A DNA stretch of 64,000 nt from an uncultured bacterium. GTDB lineage: Bacteria > Omnitrophota > Omnitrophia > Omnitrophales > Aquincolibacteriaceae. Both the position numbers and the translations under genes were made by a program. The notes under the pieces are model-generated. The model was not told the DNA's origin. It saw only the letters and a program-made list of their open reading frames with translations, and made no database searches. The stretch spans positions 32,026 to 96,025 of the forward strand of contig CAZLTL010000007.1 of NCBI GenBank assembly GCA_964562525.1. Direction: 5' to 3'. Below, piece after piece: positions 31,512 through 42,259 of this stretch (positions within the stretch are counted from its first letter, which is position 1; each line of letters opens with the position of its first letter).

Positions 31512-33407
31512 TCATTTTAACTCGCTTTGCAAAGCAGGAAGCTTTTCCAAGGCTTCACGAATGATCTTAGGCGTTAAAATCTCGGGCAAAATGACCGGCG
31601 GATCCCCTTGCCCCGGATAGAGCAGATAGAATGGAATACTGTTGCGCCCGTACGCCGCCAAAGCACGGGTAATCGTCTCATCCCGGCTGGTCCAATCGGC
31701 TTTCAAGGCCGTTACTTTTTTATCCTTAAATAAAGCGGCGGTTTCTTTGCGGTCGAGCGCTAAGCGTTCATTGACCTGACAAGTCAAACACCATGCTGCG
31801 GTAAAATCGACAAAGACTGGTTTTCCCTCCGCAAGTAAATCCGCCAAGCGCGTTTCGGAATAAGGCTCCCAATTCAACTGATGCGCCGAAGCGGGCTGCG
31901 TTTTTGATGCCCAATTTAAAATGCCCGTTTGCACCGCAAAAATCCAACCCAGCCATAAAGCAGTTAATAGCAAAAAAACACCCAGCGCTTTTTTGAGTGT
32001 CACCATCCACGGCCCGGGCTTGGGAATAAAACGCAGCCACGCGGGGTTCGCGCAAAGCAGCACATACGGAATAGCTAATCCTGCTCCCAACGCGGTAAAA
32101 ACAGCCCAGGCAACCCAAGCCGGCTGAGTCAGCGCATAACCCAAGGCTGTTCCCATAAACGGCGCCGTGCAAGGCGTTGCCACCACAACCGCTAAAATGC
32201 CGCTCGCAAAAGTTCCGGCCCAGCCTTTTTTTGCGCTTAAGTTTTGTCCCGCACCGGTCAGCGATAAACCGATTTCAAAAAATCCGAATAAATTAAAAGC
32301 CAAAATTAAAAAGACGACGGCTAAGCCCGCGACAAACCCAGGCGACTGCAACTGAAATCCCCAGCCAATTTGCTGTCCGCCGGATTTTAAAAGCATCAAA
32401 GCTCCGGCTAAAACCCAAAACGAAATTAACACCCCCGCGGTAAAAATTAGTCCCTGCTTTAAACCAGAGGCTCGGCTTTGCCGGGATTCATTCACGAAGC
32501 TTAAAACCTTAAGAGACAGCACCGGCAAAACGCAGGGCATCAAATTCAAAATCAATCCGCCCAAAAAAGCAAACAGCACCGCGCCCGAAAAACGAAGCGG
32601 AGTCTCGATGGGATCCGCGTTGGTTTCAAACGGAATATCGATTTCCCATGCTCTCTCTCCCGAAACCAAAACACCTCGGAGCCGCTCTAAAATTTTGGGC
32701 TGCGTGACCGCGAGAGGAATACTTAACTGATATCCCTGCGGCAAAACAGCAAGACTTTGCGTCTCCGCGTGCGCAACCAACTCTGCGTTTTCAGGGAAGA
32801 AATAAGCCCGTTCCAAATCAGGTCCGGTTTGCGAAAAAAAAGTCAGCTTGATTGATTTATCGAATCTTTCAGCATGAATTTCAAACGCGTTATCCTGAAG
32901 CGGATACCGGGCTTTTGTTTTTTCAAAAATATCTGCCCGCGCAGGAAAAGGCGCCGCAATTTCCAATTCAGCTTGTCCCGGAATACATTCCACCTTGCAA
33001 GCCAGCCATTCGACTTTCACTTTAAGACGGATGGGAGTATTCGGATTAAATTCAGGCGAAACTTGAAACGGTACTGCCAATAAAACTTCACCTTCATAGC
33101 CGTAACTAGAAAGCGGCGGTAAATCAATTTTCTTGGGAGTGGGCCATTGCACTTCCCCGGCGGAAATCCCCTCAGGTAATACCCATTTAAAAATCGGCGC
33201 CATGCCTGAGTCGCCTGGATTTTTCCAGTAAACATGCCAATCCGGGTCCATGCGAAAAAGAACACCCGCGTGAAACTCAGTGCGGGACTGAATCTGCTCC
33301 GTGTCGGCAATTAATTCAACCTGTGTATGCGCTTGATAAATCGGCTCCGCAAAAACAGGAACGGCTGCGCAAAACAAAAACAATAGAAGCAAATAAAGGC
33401 GGTTCAT
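31512..33407 (-). CDS. dsbD: Thiol:disulfide interchange protein DsbD
   Basis: Central CcdA-like TM domain (CVLPVLSLK), C-terminal thioredoxin WCLTC; start at MNRLYLL with RBS AAGGGG. Confidence 0.85.
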   Translation of the reverse strand: MNRLYLLLLFLFCAAVPVFAEPIYQAHTQVELIADTEQIQSRTEFHAGVLFRMDPDWHVYWKNPGDSGMAPIFKWVLPEGISAGEVQWPTPKKIDLPPLSSYGYEGEVLLAVPFQVSPEFNPNTPIRLKVKVEWLACKVECIPGQAELEIAAPFPARADIFEKTKARYPLQDNAFEIHAERFDKSIKLTFFSQTGPDLERAYFFPENAELVAHAETQSLAVLPQGYQLSIPLAVTQPKILERLRGVLVSGERAWEIDIPFETNADPIETPLRFSGAVLFAFLGGLILNLMPCVLPVLSLKVLSFVNESRQSRASGLKQGLIFTAGVLISFWVLAGALMLLKSGGQQIGWGFQLQSPGFVAGLAVVFLILAFNLFGFFEIGLSLTGAGQNLSAKKGWAGTFASGILAVVVATPCTAPFMGTALGYALTQPAWVAWAVFTALGAGLAIPYVLLCANPAWLRFIPKPGPWMVTLKKALGVFLLLTALWLGWIFAVQTGILNWASKTQPASAHQLNWEPYSETRLADLLAEGKPVFVDFTAAWCLTCQVNERLALDRKETAALFKDKKVTALKADWTSRDETITRALAAYGRNSIPFYLLYPGQGDPPVILPEILTPKIIREALEKLPALQSELK

Positions 33408-33426
33408 GGAAAACCCCTTGTTGGCA

Positions 33427-35733
33427 TTACTCTTTGTTGAGATCGGAAAGATAATCAAAAGCGGCTTTAAGCTGATCGGGCCAACCAAAAAGAATCAGGA
33501 CATCACCGGCTTCAACCAAAGTATCAGGCCCCGGGCTGTTAACGGAAATTCCGGCTTTTTGTAAACCGAAAACTGTCGCTCCCGTTTTGCGGCGCAAACG
33601 GATTTCGCCCAAAGTTTTACCGACCACCGCATACTCCGGCACAATCGTAAACGACTGGGTTTTAGGAACACCCTCGCGCTTCGGAACCGCCTGAATCGGC
33701 TCCTTAATTTTTTTATTTAAAAACTGAATGGCCGCTTTGACCTGATCTTGATCCCCCATCAAAAGCAAAACATCTCCGGGCTGGAGGCGAGTTTCCGCGG
33801 GCGGATTCGGAATGGATTCTTCATCGCGGTAAACCGCCACAATTGTCGCGCCTGTTTCCGCGCGCAAACGTAAGTCCCTCAAAGTTTGATTCGCTGCCGA
33901 GGGCTGATAAGGTAAAAGAAAATCTTCGGTAACCACATCCATCGGGTATTCTTCGCGAATCAATTTGACCAACTCGCCATGGATCGCCTGCGAGGCAACC
34001 GTATCAAGAGGTTGCTCACGGTCAAAAATACCAATAACGGTTTTTTCAATGCGGTCATGAACCTTGCGCGCGGAGTCCCATAAAAACATACCGGCAATAA
34101 AAACAACCGCAAGCACGGCAATAATTAAAGGAATTCGCGGAAAAAAACTCGACCCCACGGCGAGTAAAATAACGCAGACAAGTAAAATCATCAAAAAGCG
34201 CAGCGTCCGGTGTAATGTTTGATGAACGTCTTTGGCCTGTTCAACCTCTTCACGGGATTTAATTAAATTTAAAAAAAGAACATTCCATAAAATACGGTCT
34301 AAAGCATAAGCGCCGCCAATAAGAAACGGCAATAACCCGATAACAAGCGCCGTAAAATAAACCACTTGAGGAAAAGCATACGTTTTCTGAAGCCACTCCA
34401 CACCGTAAAAAACAGCGCATGCACAAACACCATAAATTAAAAGCCGCGGCAAATAAAGCTGGAGTCCTTTCCAAACCATCCGCTTGCGCTCAGAACGCAC
34501 TCCGCCAATTTTCTCGACCCACCCCGTATAAAAACCCAGCAAAGTAGCAATCGGTTTCGGCGTCACGAAAGCAAGCCCCCGAATAATCGGCCCTGTGTTG
34601 CGCATTAAAAAAGGAGTTGTCACCGTGGTGATACCTGAGACTGAAACCGCGATCGGATAAAGAAAGTGACTTGTCACGCCTGTTGATTCGCCGAGCTGCG
34701 CGATAATAAAAGAAAATTCTCCGATTTGCGCGAGACCTAAACCAACCTTCATGGATGTTTCAGCGTTGTACCCCATTAAAAAAGTCGCGGAGGAACAAGC
34801 CATAACTTTGCCTGCAATAGTCGCCAAAGTCATAATTAAAATAAAAAGCCAATACTCAGCAATAATCGCGGGCGAAAGCATCATCCCCACCGACACAAAG
34901 AAAATGGCCGTAAACATATCGCGGATCGGTTCGATTCTATGCGTGACTTCTTTTCCTTGTTTGGTTTCCGCAATCACAGCTCCGATCAAGAAAGCACCCA
35001 AAGCCACCGAAAATCCGAGCTTGGCCGCAGCCAACGAAACTCCGAAGCAAAGCCCCAAAACCGTGATCACAAGCATCTCTTCACTCTGAAACTTTGCGAC
35101 ATAACGCAAAAGACGCGGCACCAAAAGATAGCCCGCCAGCAAAACTCCGCCTACAAACAAAAGTACGCGCACCGTCGCAACACCGACTTCGTGCATTTCC
35201 AAAGATCCCGTTGAAGCCACACCCGAAAGTAACGCAATGATCACGATTGCGAGCAAATCTTCAATAATCAAAATCCCGAGTATGACCTGCGCGAATTTCT
35301 CTTTAACCTTTTTCATGTCCATCAGTACCTTCGCAATAATCGTGGTACTGGAAATTGAAAGAATGGCTCCCAAAAACAAACTGTCCATAAATTTCCAGCC
35401 GAACAGCTGTCCAAGCGAATAACCTACCCAAATCATGAGTAAAATCTCAAGCGTGGCAGCGACAAAAGAAACAAGCCCGACTTTGGCCAGCTTAGAAAGA
35501 CTGAATTCTAAACCGATCGAGAAAAGCAGAAAAATTACGCCCATTTCGGAAAGAGTTTGAATGCTGTGCAGATCTTTAATGAAAGCGTATGGAGGAGTAT
35601 GGGGTCCGATCAGCAATCCGGCCAAAATATAACCCAGCACCACGGGCAGCCGAAGACGCCGGCACAAAATCATAATGACAGCGCTTACCGCCATCACCAC
35701 CGCCATGTCTTGCAGAAAGGTTAAATGATTCAT
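33427..35733 (-). CDS. CPA2-family monovalent cation:proton antiporter (KefB/KefC-like) with two C-terminal TrkA-C (RCK_C) domains
   Basis: 768 aa; 13 TM N-terminal half plus duplicated regulatory domains. Confidence 0.75.
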   Translation of the reverse strand: MNHLTFLQDMAVVMAVSAVIMILCRRLRLPVVLGYILAGLLIGPHTPPYAFIKDLHSIQTLSEMGVIFLLFSIGLEFSLSKLAKVGLVSFVAATLEILLMIWVGYSLGQLFGWKFMDSLFLGAILSISSTTIIAKVLMDMKKVKEKFAQVILGILIIEDLLAIVIIALLSGVASTGSLEMHEVGVATVRVLLFVGGVLLAGYLLVPRLLRYVAKFQSEEMLVITVLGLCFGVSLAAAKLGFSVALGAFLIGAVIAETKQGKEVTHRIEPIRDMFTAIFFVSVGMMLSPAIIAEYWLFILIMTLATIAGKVMACSSATFLMGYNAETSMKVGLGLAQIGEFSFIIAQLGESTGVTSHFLYPIAVSVSGITTVTTPFLMRNTGPIIRGLAFVTPKPIATLLGFYTGWVEKIGGVRSERKRMVWKGLQLYLPRLLIYGVCACAVFYGVEWLQKTYAFPQVVYFTALVIGLLPFLIGGAYALDRILWNVLFLNLIKSREEVEQAKDVHQTLHRTLRFLMILLVCVILLAVGSSFFPRIPLIIAVLAVVFIAGMFLWDSARKVHDRIEKTVIGIFDREQPLDTVASQAIHGELVKLIREEYPMDVVTEDFLLPYQPSAANQTLRDLRLRAETGATIVAVYRDEESIPNPPAETRLQPGDVLLLMGDQDQVKAAIQFLNKKIKEPIQAVPKREGVPKTQSFTIVPEYAVVGKTLGEIRLRRKTGATVFGLQKAGISVNSPGPDTLVEAGDVLILFGWPDQLKAAFDYLSDLNKE

Positions 35734-35787
35734 CAGCTCTATTTTACCTTACGCTGCGGGCTTTTAACGACCGCAAACTTCCTGTTT

Positions 35788-36333
35788 TTAAATTATTCTA
35801 TCAATCGTCCGCCATTTTCCGGCTTCCAGATCCCCAAGCTTTAAATTTCCGATCGCGGAACGGATCAGCCGTAAAGTCGGAAACCCTACCGCTGCGGTCA
35901 TTCGACGCACTTGTCTGTTTTTTCCTTCAATCAATTTCAATTCAATCCAACAGGTCGGAATATTTTTTCTTTCCCGAATCGGCGGGTTCCGCGGTGGATA
36001 CTCGGGTTCGGCTTTGAGCCAGCGAGCTTGGCATGGACGCGTTTTATACCCCTGAATCACAACGCCTTGTTCAAGCTTGCGCAAAGCTTCAACCGACATT
36101 TTGCCCTCAACTTGCACATGATAAGTGCGCTCATGCGCGTTTTCCGGATTCAGTAGTTTGTCATTCCAAACTTTTTCATCGCTGAGAATCAACAAACCTT
36201 CGCTGTCGAGATCTAACCTTCCGACCGGATAAACATTTTTTGGAAAATCAAATTCCGCGAGGGTTCTCTGCCCGGGCTGATCAGGGGTGAACTGGCAAAG
36301 TACGCCATAAGGTTTGTGAAAAAGAAGAATCAC
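35788..36333 (-). CDS. rRNA pseudouridine synthase (RluE/RsuA family)
   Basis: HKPYGVLCQF...VGRLDLDSEGLLILSDE catalytic Asp motif. Confidence 0.75.
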   Translation of the reverse strand: MILLFHKPYGVLCQFTPDQPGQRTLAEFDFPKNVYPVGRLDLDSEGLLILSDEKVWNDKLLNPENAHERTYHVQVEGKMSVEALRKLEQGVVIQGYKTRPCQARWLKAEPEYPPRNPPIRERKNIPTCWIELKLIEGKNRQVRRMTAAVGFPTLRLIRSAIGNLKLGDLEAGKWRTIDRII

Positions 36334-36767
36334 GGATTAAACTCGGCGCGTGTTTTATTGACCGAACGGGCAACTGCGCCGGCATCCAAACGAAAGCTGG
36401 GCCAACCTTTAAAAAAAAGCAAGACGATACCCAAAAGCAACGGCGCACCGACAATCGCGGCAATCCACCATTTCAAAAATATACCAAGCACGCCGAGCAC
36501 AAAAAGCAATATTCCCTGTAAAAACAGGGCGAAATAGTTGCGGTCAGCCAGCTCGCCGACAACCCGCGCGGCTGTCACAGTCATGAAACGGCGTTTGCTC
36601 AGTTCGACAAAAAAGACCAAAAATAACGTACCAATCAAAAGACAAGTAAATCCGGCAATCTCAGAAATGGAATCGGCCAAGGTGGTTTGCCCGTGAAATC
36701 CGGCCCAAACCTTGATACCGATCACCGCTGCCCAAAATAAAACAATCCAAAGATGTGTTTTTTTCAT
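36330..36767 (-). CDS. Hypothetical membrane protein (4 TM)
   Basis: Hydrophobic 145 aa ORF overlapping the rluE-like stop. Confidence 0.5.
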   Translation of the reverse strand: MKKTHLWIVLFWAAVIGIKVWAGFHGQTTLADSISEIAGFTCLLIGTLFLVFFVELSKRRFMTVTAARVVGELADRNYFALFLQGILLFVLGVLGIFLKWWIAAIVGAPLLLGIVLLFFKGWPSFRLDAGAVARSVNKTRAEFNP

Positions 36768-36916
36768 CCTGTCAGAGTCTCCTAAAAATAAATGTTAAGT
36801 TCTTACCCTTCAACAAACTCCATGCTCTCAAATATTCATAAAGCCGTTTAAGACTCTAACAAGATTCACTGCATGCTTCATCTTGATTAATAAAAAAACC
36901 ATGTTATTTTAGCACG

Positions 36917-37393
36917 ATGACAAACATGCTGCCCCTAGGCATTCCAAAAGATTTCGTTGAAAAACAAACCGCCGTTATTCTTAATTCTTACCGGCACTGG
37001 ACAGGACGCGAGCTGCTCCCTTTATCTTCGGCTGAACCCGATTTAACGACAGCGCTTTTTTTTGCGCCGTTTGTCGTTGCCTCCTCAAACTCCGCGACGG
37101 ATCCTATTCTTAATTATGGTAATGCTCAGGCCTTAAAACTTTGGGAAATGCCCTGGAATCAGCTCACGCGAACACCCGGCCGCCACACCGCCGAACCCAT
37201 GCACCGCGATGAAAGGCAGAAGTTTTTGTATGCGGTTCAAAAAAATGGGTTTATTGAGAACTATTCGGGCATCCGTATTTCCAGCACAGGCCGGCGCTTC
37301 AAAATTGAAAAAGCCACGGTGTGGAACCTCGTCGATCAAGACGGCAAATTTTTAGGTCAAGCCGCTACATTCAAAGAGTGGTCTTATCTCTGA
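36917..37393 (+). CDS. MEKHLA domain protein
   Basis: LWEMPWNQLTRTPGRHTAEP...GFIENYSGIRISSTGRRFKIEKATVWNL resembles the bacterial MEKHLA/PAS-like family. Confidence 0.55.
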   Translation: MTNMLPLGIPKDFVEKQTAVILNSYRHWTGRELLPLSSAEPDLTTALFFAPFVVASSNSATDPILNYGNAQALKLWEMPWNQLTRTPGRHTAEPMHRDERQKFLYAVQKNGFIENYSGIRISSTGRRFKIEKATVWNLVDQDGKFLGQAATFKEWSYL

Positions 37394-37839
37394 GCTGTGT
37401 CCGGCTTGAAGGTTTTGCGGAAAAACTCACGGTTGGCGGGCATGTCTTCAGTGGACCAAATTTCACAACGCCAAATTCTTTTGATGGTCCCGCTATAAAC
37501 TTCAAAGGCTCCGCGGTCCTGCGCGTCAAAATACCCTTCGATCACTACATATTTCCCGGTAAGCTGTTCGCGCATGTTAAACATATCGTCCGTAATTTCT
37601 AAAGCGAGGCTGTTGCCAAAAACACCATGCTTAAAATCTGCCTCACTTAAATAAACAGCGTCGCCTTCGCGCTCTAAGTGAAGATAACCGATGACACGTA
37701 CGGTTTTACGATCATGCTCACGCGGGTTGGAAAGAATTTGAAGTAAAGTCGCATCTTGAGGATCAGCTGAGATACTGCCTCCGCAAGCTATGACCGCTCC
37801 TAAAAAAAGAATTCCAAGATAAAAATATCGCTTTAACAT
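37384..37839 (-). CDS. Hypothetical secreted protein
   Basis: Start at the internal MLKRYFYLGILFLGAVIACGG signal/lipobox; ORF-track start 38016 would overlap the desaturase. Confidence 0.45.
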   Translation of the reverse strand: MLKRYFYLGILFLGAVIACGGSISADPQDATLLQILSNPREHDRKTVRVIGYLHLEREGDAVYLSEADFKHGVFGNSLALEITDDMFNMREQLTGKYVVIEGYFDAQDRGAFEVYSGTIKRIWRCEIWSTEDMPANREFFRKTFKPDTAQR

Positions 37840-37918
37840 CAGGCTGATTCCATTCTGCTTAAATAGACCAGAGACATGATGCAGAAAAAAAACGAGACTG
37901 TCTAGGGCGTGTCCGTTT

Positions 37919-38782
37919 TTAGGCGGCGGGAGAACCAGAGAGTTTGGCGCGGGCAATACTTGCTTCGGGTACGCGCATGAGATCTCGCACCATCCCGATT
38001 TTCTCCATGAAGGCAATCATCCACTTGCTGGGATCCCAATGATACCAGCGCACGCCGTTACGATAATCACTCGGGAAACGGTGATGAAAATTATGATACC
38101 CTTCGCCGAAAGTCAAAATCGCCACAAGCCAATGATCACGCGCCGTAGCGTCCTTGTCATAAGTCCGGTTTCCGAAGGTATGGCACACCGAGTTAATGCA
38201 CCAGGTCGAGTGATAAACCAAAGTGACGCGGAAACAAACGCTGATGATAAATGCCGACAAAGCATGCCCAAAAAAACTGCCGATCACCACCGGTGTAATC
38301 ACGCCCGCCACAACCGCCCACGGAACATAATACTTAGCCTGATGCATGATTAAGCGACTACGCACCAAATCATCTACGTTCGTATAATGAAACTGGTATT
38401 TGCCGGCCACAAGCCAGCCCATATGCGCCCAGAAAAATCCTTTTTTAATACTGTAAGGATCATTGTCGGTATCCACAAAGCGGTGATGATCGCGATGCTG
38501 CGAAGACCAAGCCAAAGCGGATTGTTCAAACGCGGCGGAACCAAAAAAAATCAAAAGAAAACGCACCAGCTGATTCGCTTTATACGTCACATGCGCGAAA
38601 AGACGATGATACCCCACCGTAATCGCCATGCCGGTGGCAATGCAGAAAAAAACAAACAGCGCGATTTCATCCCAAGCCAAACCGTTGTAGGCGATATAAA
38701 TCGGTGCCCCGATTAGTCCAACAACCGTATTAAACGAAATAAACGTGATATTAAACCAATTGAATTTACCCAGCTTTGACAT
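37919..38782 (-). CDS. Membrane fatty acid (acyl-CoA/acyl-lipid) delta-9-type desaturase
   Basis: Three His boxes HRLFAH, HRDHHRF, HNFHHRFP. Confidence 0.8.
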   Translation of the reverse strand: MSKLGKFNWFNITFISFNTVVGLIGAPIYIAYNGLAWDEIALFVFFCIATGMAITVGYHRLFAHVTYKANQLVRFLLIFFGSAAFEQSALAWSSQHRDHHRFVDTDNDPYSIKKGFFWAHMGWLVAGKYQFHYTNVDDLVRSRLIMHQAKYYVPWAVVAGVITPVVIGSFFGHALSAFIISVCFRVTLVYHSTWCINSVCHTFGNRTYDKDATARDHWLVAILTFGEGYHNFHHRFPSDYRNGVRWYHWDPSKWMIAFMEKIGMVRDLMRVPEASIARAKLSGSPAA

Positions 38783-39261
38783 TATGCCACTCCTGCTCCG
38801 CTCAAATATAAGCCCAAGTTCAAGCGGCCGCGCTTAAGGTCACGATAACGGCAACCGCTAAATTTCTTCTTCATCGACGCTAAATTACTTGATCCCATTT
38901 CATTCAAAACTTTATTTTTAGCCGCTTTCCAAACCACATGCAAAGGGCAAGCGTTCGTATCGGAACATTGGTCCAACCCCATCACGCATGACTTCAAATG
39001 TTCCGGATCATCAATAATCTCCATGATGGTGCTCAAAGAAATACTTTCCGGAGACTGCGCCAACGCGACACCGCCCCGCGCTCCGCGGCGCGAATCCAAA
39101 ATACGGTAGCGCACCAGCTCTTGAAATATTTTCGCCAAATACGTCAGCGAAATACCCGTCTCGCGGCTCACTTGACGCGTCAAAACATACCCGCCCTTTT
39201 TTTGATTCGAAAGATAAAGCAAAGCGCGAATCGCGTATTCGCAAGTTTTAGAGTAAATCAC
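38782..39261 (-). CDS. Rrf2-family transcriptional regulator
   Basis: MIYSKTCEYAIRALLYL HTH; stop overlaps the desaturase start (TAATG). Confidence 0.8.
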   Translation of the reverse strand: MIYSKTCEYAIRALLYLSNQKKGGYVLTRQVSRETGISLTYLAKIFQELVRYRILDSRRGARGGVALAQSPESISLSTIMEIIDDPEHLKSCVMGLDQCSDTNACPLHVVWKAAKNKVLNEMGSSNLASMKKKFSGCRYRDLKRGRLNLGLYLSGAGVA

Positions 39262-39357
39262 AACGCTCCCGTCTATTTAAGATGTGCACATCTTAAATAG
39301 ACGGCTTGTATTTTTCAATCTTTAATTCAAAAACAACCGTTCCGCAGGGTTGCGGAA

Positions 39358-39561
39358 TCAGTTTTTAGGTTTGCGGAAATACTCAATGGCAAGCAGGGTC
39401 GCTTTTCCAACCAGCCAAATGAGGACTAGACACAGTAATATCCCAATGAAGAAACGCAGAAAAAAACCCATCAGCAAAAGCAACGGAAACAATAACGCCC
39501 CAAAAAAAGCAAGCACGCCGATCAGCGCAATCACAAACAATCCGACTAAAAATTCAATCAT
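39358..39561 (-). CDS. Small hydrophobic protein (2 TM), hypothetical
   Basis: 67 aa ORF. Confidence 0.3.
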   Translation of the reverse strand: MIEFLVGLFVIALIGVLAFFGALLFPLLLLMGFFLRFFIGILLCLVLIWLVGKATLLAIEYFRKPKN

Positions 39562-39646
39562 AAAATCCCCCTTAACGCATGCAAGCAGCCGCAGCGATGA
39601 CGAGACTCCAGTTTACTCCCAAAAACGCCGCCCCATCAAAATCTTT

Positions 39647-41014
39647 TCAGGACTCCAGAATATGAATATTTTTCCATTTCCCCGAACGGTAGCGCAGCCA
39701 TGCCAAGCTTGAAAGCAAAAGAAAAACAGCAATAAGCCAAGCCCACCCTTGCACGGCGGAAGCCCCTAGGTAGCGGGTTGAAACATAAAGGACAACCACG
39801 CAAGTCCAATGCAGTGAAACGTGATAGCTCATCGCCCACAAAGTGTCCCCCGCTCCGCGCAAAGCCCCGACAAATACAATCACAATCACCACGCTTAATA
39901 CATAAAACGCAATCATCTTGAGCATCGCAACCGCAATCGGCTGTGCCTCGACAAAAGTGATGCTGGCTTCCGCGGGATGAAAAAACTGCGCGAGCGGTAC
40001 CGGAAAAAAAGTAAAAAGCCCTAATAGCCCCAAAGCATAAACACACCCGACTTTAAGCCCCGAAAAAGTGGCGCGATTGGCAATATCAAGCTGCCGGGCG
40101 CCGATATAGCGGCCAACCAAACTGGTTACGCCGATTTCCATACCCATCAACGGAACATAAGCGACCATATCCCAATTTAAAACAATACTGGATGCCGTCG
40201 CAACGACCGGCCCCATCGACTGAAACGCCATCACCAGGCCATTAAACGCCAAAAGCGAAAGAAACATTTCAATTCCGGCGGGATAACCGTACTTCAGCCA
40301 TTTCTTCATCACTTCCGCGCTGAACTTAAATGCTTCATTTATAAAAAACCGCGCGGCATTTTGTTTGCTGAAATAAAACGCGGCGGCAACCATCACGGCG
40401 CTGATGCTTCCAGTCACAGTCCCAATAGCGGCGCCGCGAATTCCGAGCGCGGGAAATCCTAATTTTCCATAAATCAAAATAAAACTGACAACCACATTCA
40501 CGGTTAAAGCCGTCAGCGAAGAAAGCATAACCACGCCGGTACGTCCGACTCCTGAAAAAAATCCGCAAAAAGATTGCCGCAATAAAACAAAAAAGCTCCC
40601 GTAAACCAAAATATCAAAAAAAATGATTTGATCTTCAAGCTGAGATGCGGGAACTTGTAAAAGGCGGAACAAATCATGCACAAACGGCCGAGCGAGCAAG
40701 ATCAGAGGATAAAAAAACAAAATAAAAAACCAAGCCTGAGCTGTCACGCGCGGACAAGCCTTATGATCCCCCGCACCATAATATTGCGCCACCAGCGCGG
40801 TGCTATAGCCGATCAATCCAAAACCGAAACTAAGAATTAAAAAGGCAGCAATACTTCCGCCCACCGCCGCATTCATCAGATCGGGACCCAGCCGCGACAA
40901 AAGCAAGCGGTCGGTAAACATCATAAAAGTATCACAGGCATAAGACACGACCATGGGCAAAGCGATCAACATCATTTCACGCACGCCACCGGGAGTTAAC
41001 TTTTTGAGGCTCAT
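39647..41014 (-). CDS. MATE-family efflux transporter
   Basis: 455 aa, 12 TM. Confidence 0.75.
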   Translation of the reverse strand: MSLKKLTPGGVREMMLIALPMVVSYACDTFMMFTDRLLLSRLGPDLMNAAVGGSIAAFLILSFGFGLIGYSTALVAQYYGAGDHKACPRVTAQAWFFILFFYPLILLARPFVHDLFRLLQVPASQLEDQIIFFDILVYGSFFVLLRQSFCGFFSGVGRTGVVMLSSLTALTVNVVVSFILIYGKLGFPALGIRGAAIGTVTGSISAVMVAAAFYFSKQNAARFFINEAFKFSAEVMKKWLKYGYPAGIEMFLSLLAFNGLVMAFQSMGPVVATASSIVLNWDMVAYVPLMGMEIGVTSLVGRYIGARQLDIANRATFSGLKVGCVYALGLLGLFTFFPVPLAQFFHPAEASITFVEAQPIAVAMLKMIAFYVLSVVIVIVFVGALRGAGDTLWAMSYHVSLHWTCVVVLYVSTRYLGASAVQGWAWLIAVFLLLSSLAWLRYRSGKWKNIHILES

Positions 41015-41040
41015 AAAATTAATTGGGAGAGAAAATTAAA

Positions 41041-41595
41041 TTAAAGCTGTCTTAAAATTCGCGCCGGATTTCCGGCAACCACCACACCGCTCGGCACATC
41101 TTTGGTCACAATCGCACCGGCGCCGATCACGCTTTTGCTGCCAATCGTTACACCCGGACAAATAATGGCTCCGCCGCCAATCCACACATCATCTCCGATG
41201 GTAATCGGCTTGCCGAATTCCACCTTGCGCCGTTCTTGCCAATCCAACGGATGTCCCGCAGTATAAATCTGAACATTGGGCGCCATAAAAACAAAAGATC
41301 CGATAGTCACTTTCGCGACATCCAAAATCACGCAATTAAAATTAAGAAAAACTGAATCCCCAAAAGAAATATTTTTACCGTAATCGCAGAAAAAAGGTGG
41401 TTGAAGCCAAAGATTTTTTCCGATAGAGCCGAATAGCTCTCGGGCGAGCTCAAGCCGCGGACCGCTGCGGACATCTTCGGCCGATTGATTAATTTGGGTT
41501 AAAAGCTTGCGGGCATAGGTGCGCATCTCGACCAACTCCGGGTCGAGCCCGTTGTACATTTCCCCTGCAATCATTTTTTCGTATTCGCGCATCAT
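41041..41595 (-). CDS. Hexapeptide-repeat sugar O-acetyltransferase (maltose/galactoside acetyltransferase-like)
   Basis: LbH repeats IGDDVWIGGGAIICPGVTIG. Confidence 0.8.
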   Translation of the reverse strand: MMREYEKMIAGEMYNGLDPELVEMRTYARKLLTQINQSAEDVRSGPRLELARELFGSIGKNLWLQPPFFCDYGKNISFGDSVFLNFNCVILDVAKVTIGSFVFMAPNVQIYTAGHPLDWQERRKVEFGKPITIGDDVWIGGGAIICPGVTIGSKSVIGAGAIVTKDVPSGVVVAGNPARILRQL

Positions 41596-41602
41596 TTTTT
41601 CT

Positions 41603-41640
41603 CAAAAAAAAAGAGGGGGCCAAAAAGCCCCCTCTTCTAA
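41603..41640 (-). terminator. Rho-independent terminator (a9-gagggggcc-aaaaa-ggccccctc)
   Basis: Hairpin followed by T9 on the minus strand. Confidence 0.65.
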
Positions 41641-41659
41641 CCGAGACGGTTACCAGCTA

Positions 41660-41968
41660 TTAAAGCTGAACTCCGCCGTCCGGAAGAGTCATTTCGGCAG
41701 GAATCGGGAAAGTAAGAAGGTTAAAGGCACCTGCAACCGTGCTGTGGATAGCGTCAACAACGCCCTTACCTGCACCGGCCCAAGGATTCTTCTTCTCTTG
41801 CTGATAAGCATGAGGAACTGAGAATACTTTGGTCCAACCCAAAAGAGTATTCGACAATCCACTCTGCAACTTAGCGCCAACTGCATCGGAATAGGAATCA
41901 GCAGCAAACGAAGATGCCGGAGTTAACATGACTGCAGCCATGAGAATTAAACCTAAGATTTTTTTCAT
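41660..41968 (-). CDS. Small secreted protein, paralog A; resembles the exosortase-system-associated TIGR04073 family (uncertain)
   Basis: Signal peptide; KLQSGLSNTLLGWTKV...NPWAGAGKGVVDAIHSTVAGAFNLLTFPIP. Confidence 0.45.
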   Translation of the reverse strand: MKKILGLILMAAVMLTPASSFAADSYSDAVGAKLQSGLSNTLLGWTKVFSVPHAYQQEKKNPWAGAGKGVVDAIHSTVAGAFNLLTFPIPAEMTLPDGGVQL

Positions 41969-42192
41969 TTTTTTCCCCTTTTTAGAAAGAACACGGCTTG
42001 CACCGCGTCCCTAATGTATACTAAATTTACCTTCGTATAATTTACTCAAAATATTAAATTAATGCAACTTTTCTTCCTTTAAATTTATTTTTTTATAAAA
42101 AATATCGTGACTTTTTTAAAACATATACCGAACTTTTTAATATTTAACTTTATTTCCGTTTCAACTTTGCCGACAAATTGATTCTACTTTTC

Positions 42193-42237
42193 TCCAAAAA
42201 AAATCGGGCATCTTCCGGTTAAGGAAAATGCCCGATA
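42193..42237 (-). terminator. Rho-independent terminator (tcgggcat-loop-atgcccga, T8 on the minus strand) after paralog B
   Basis: 8 bp stem with T-run. Confidence 0.65.
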
Positions 42238-42259
42238 AAAATAAAATCTTTTTAGAAAA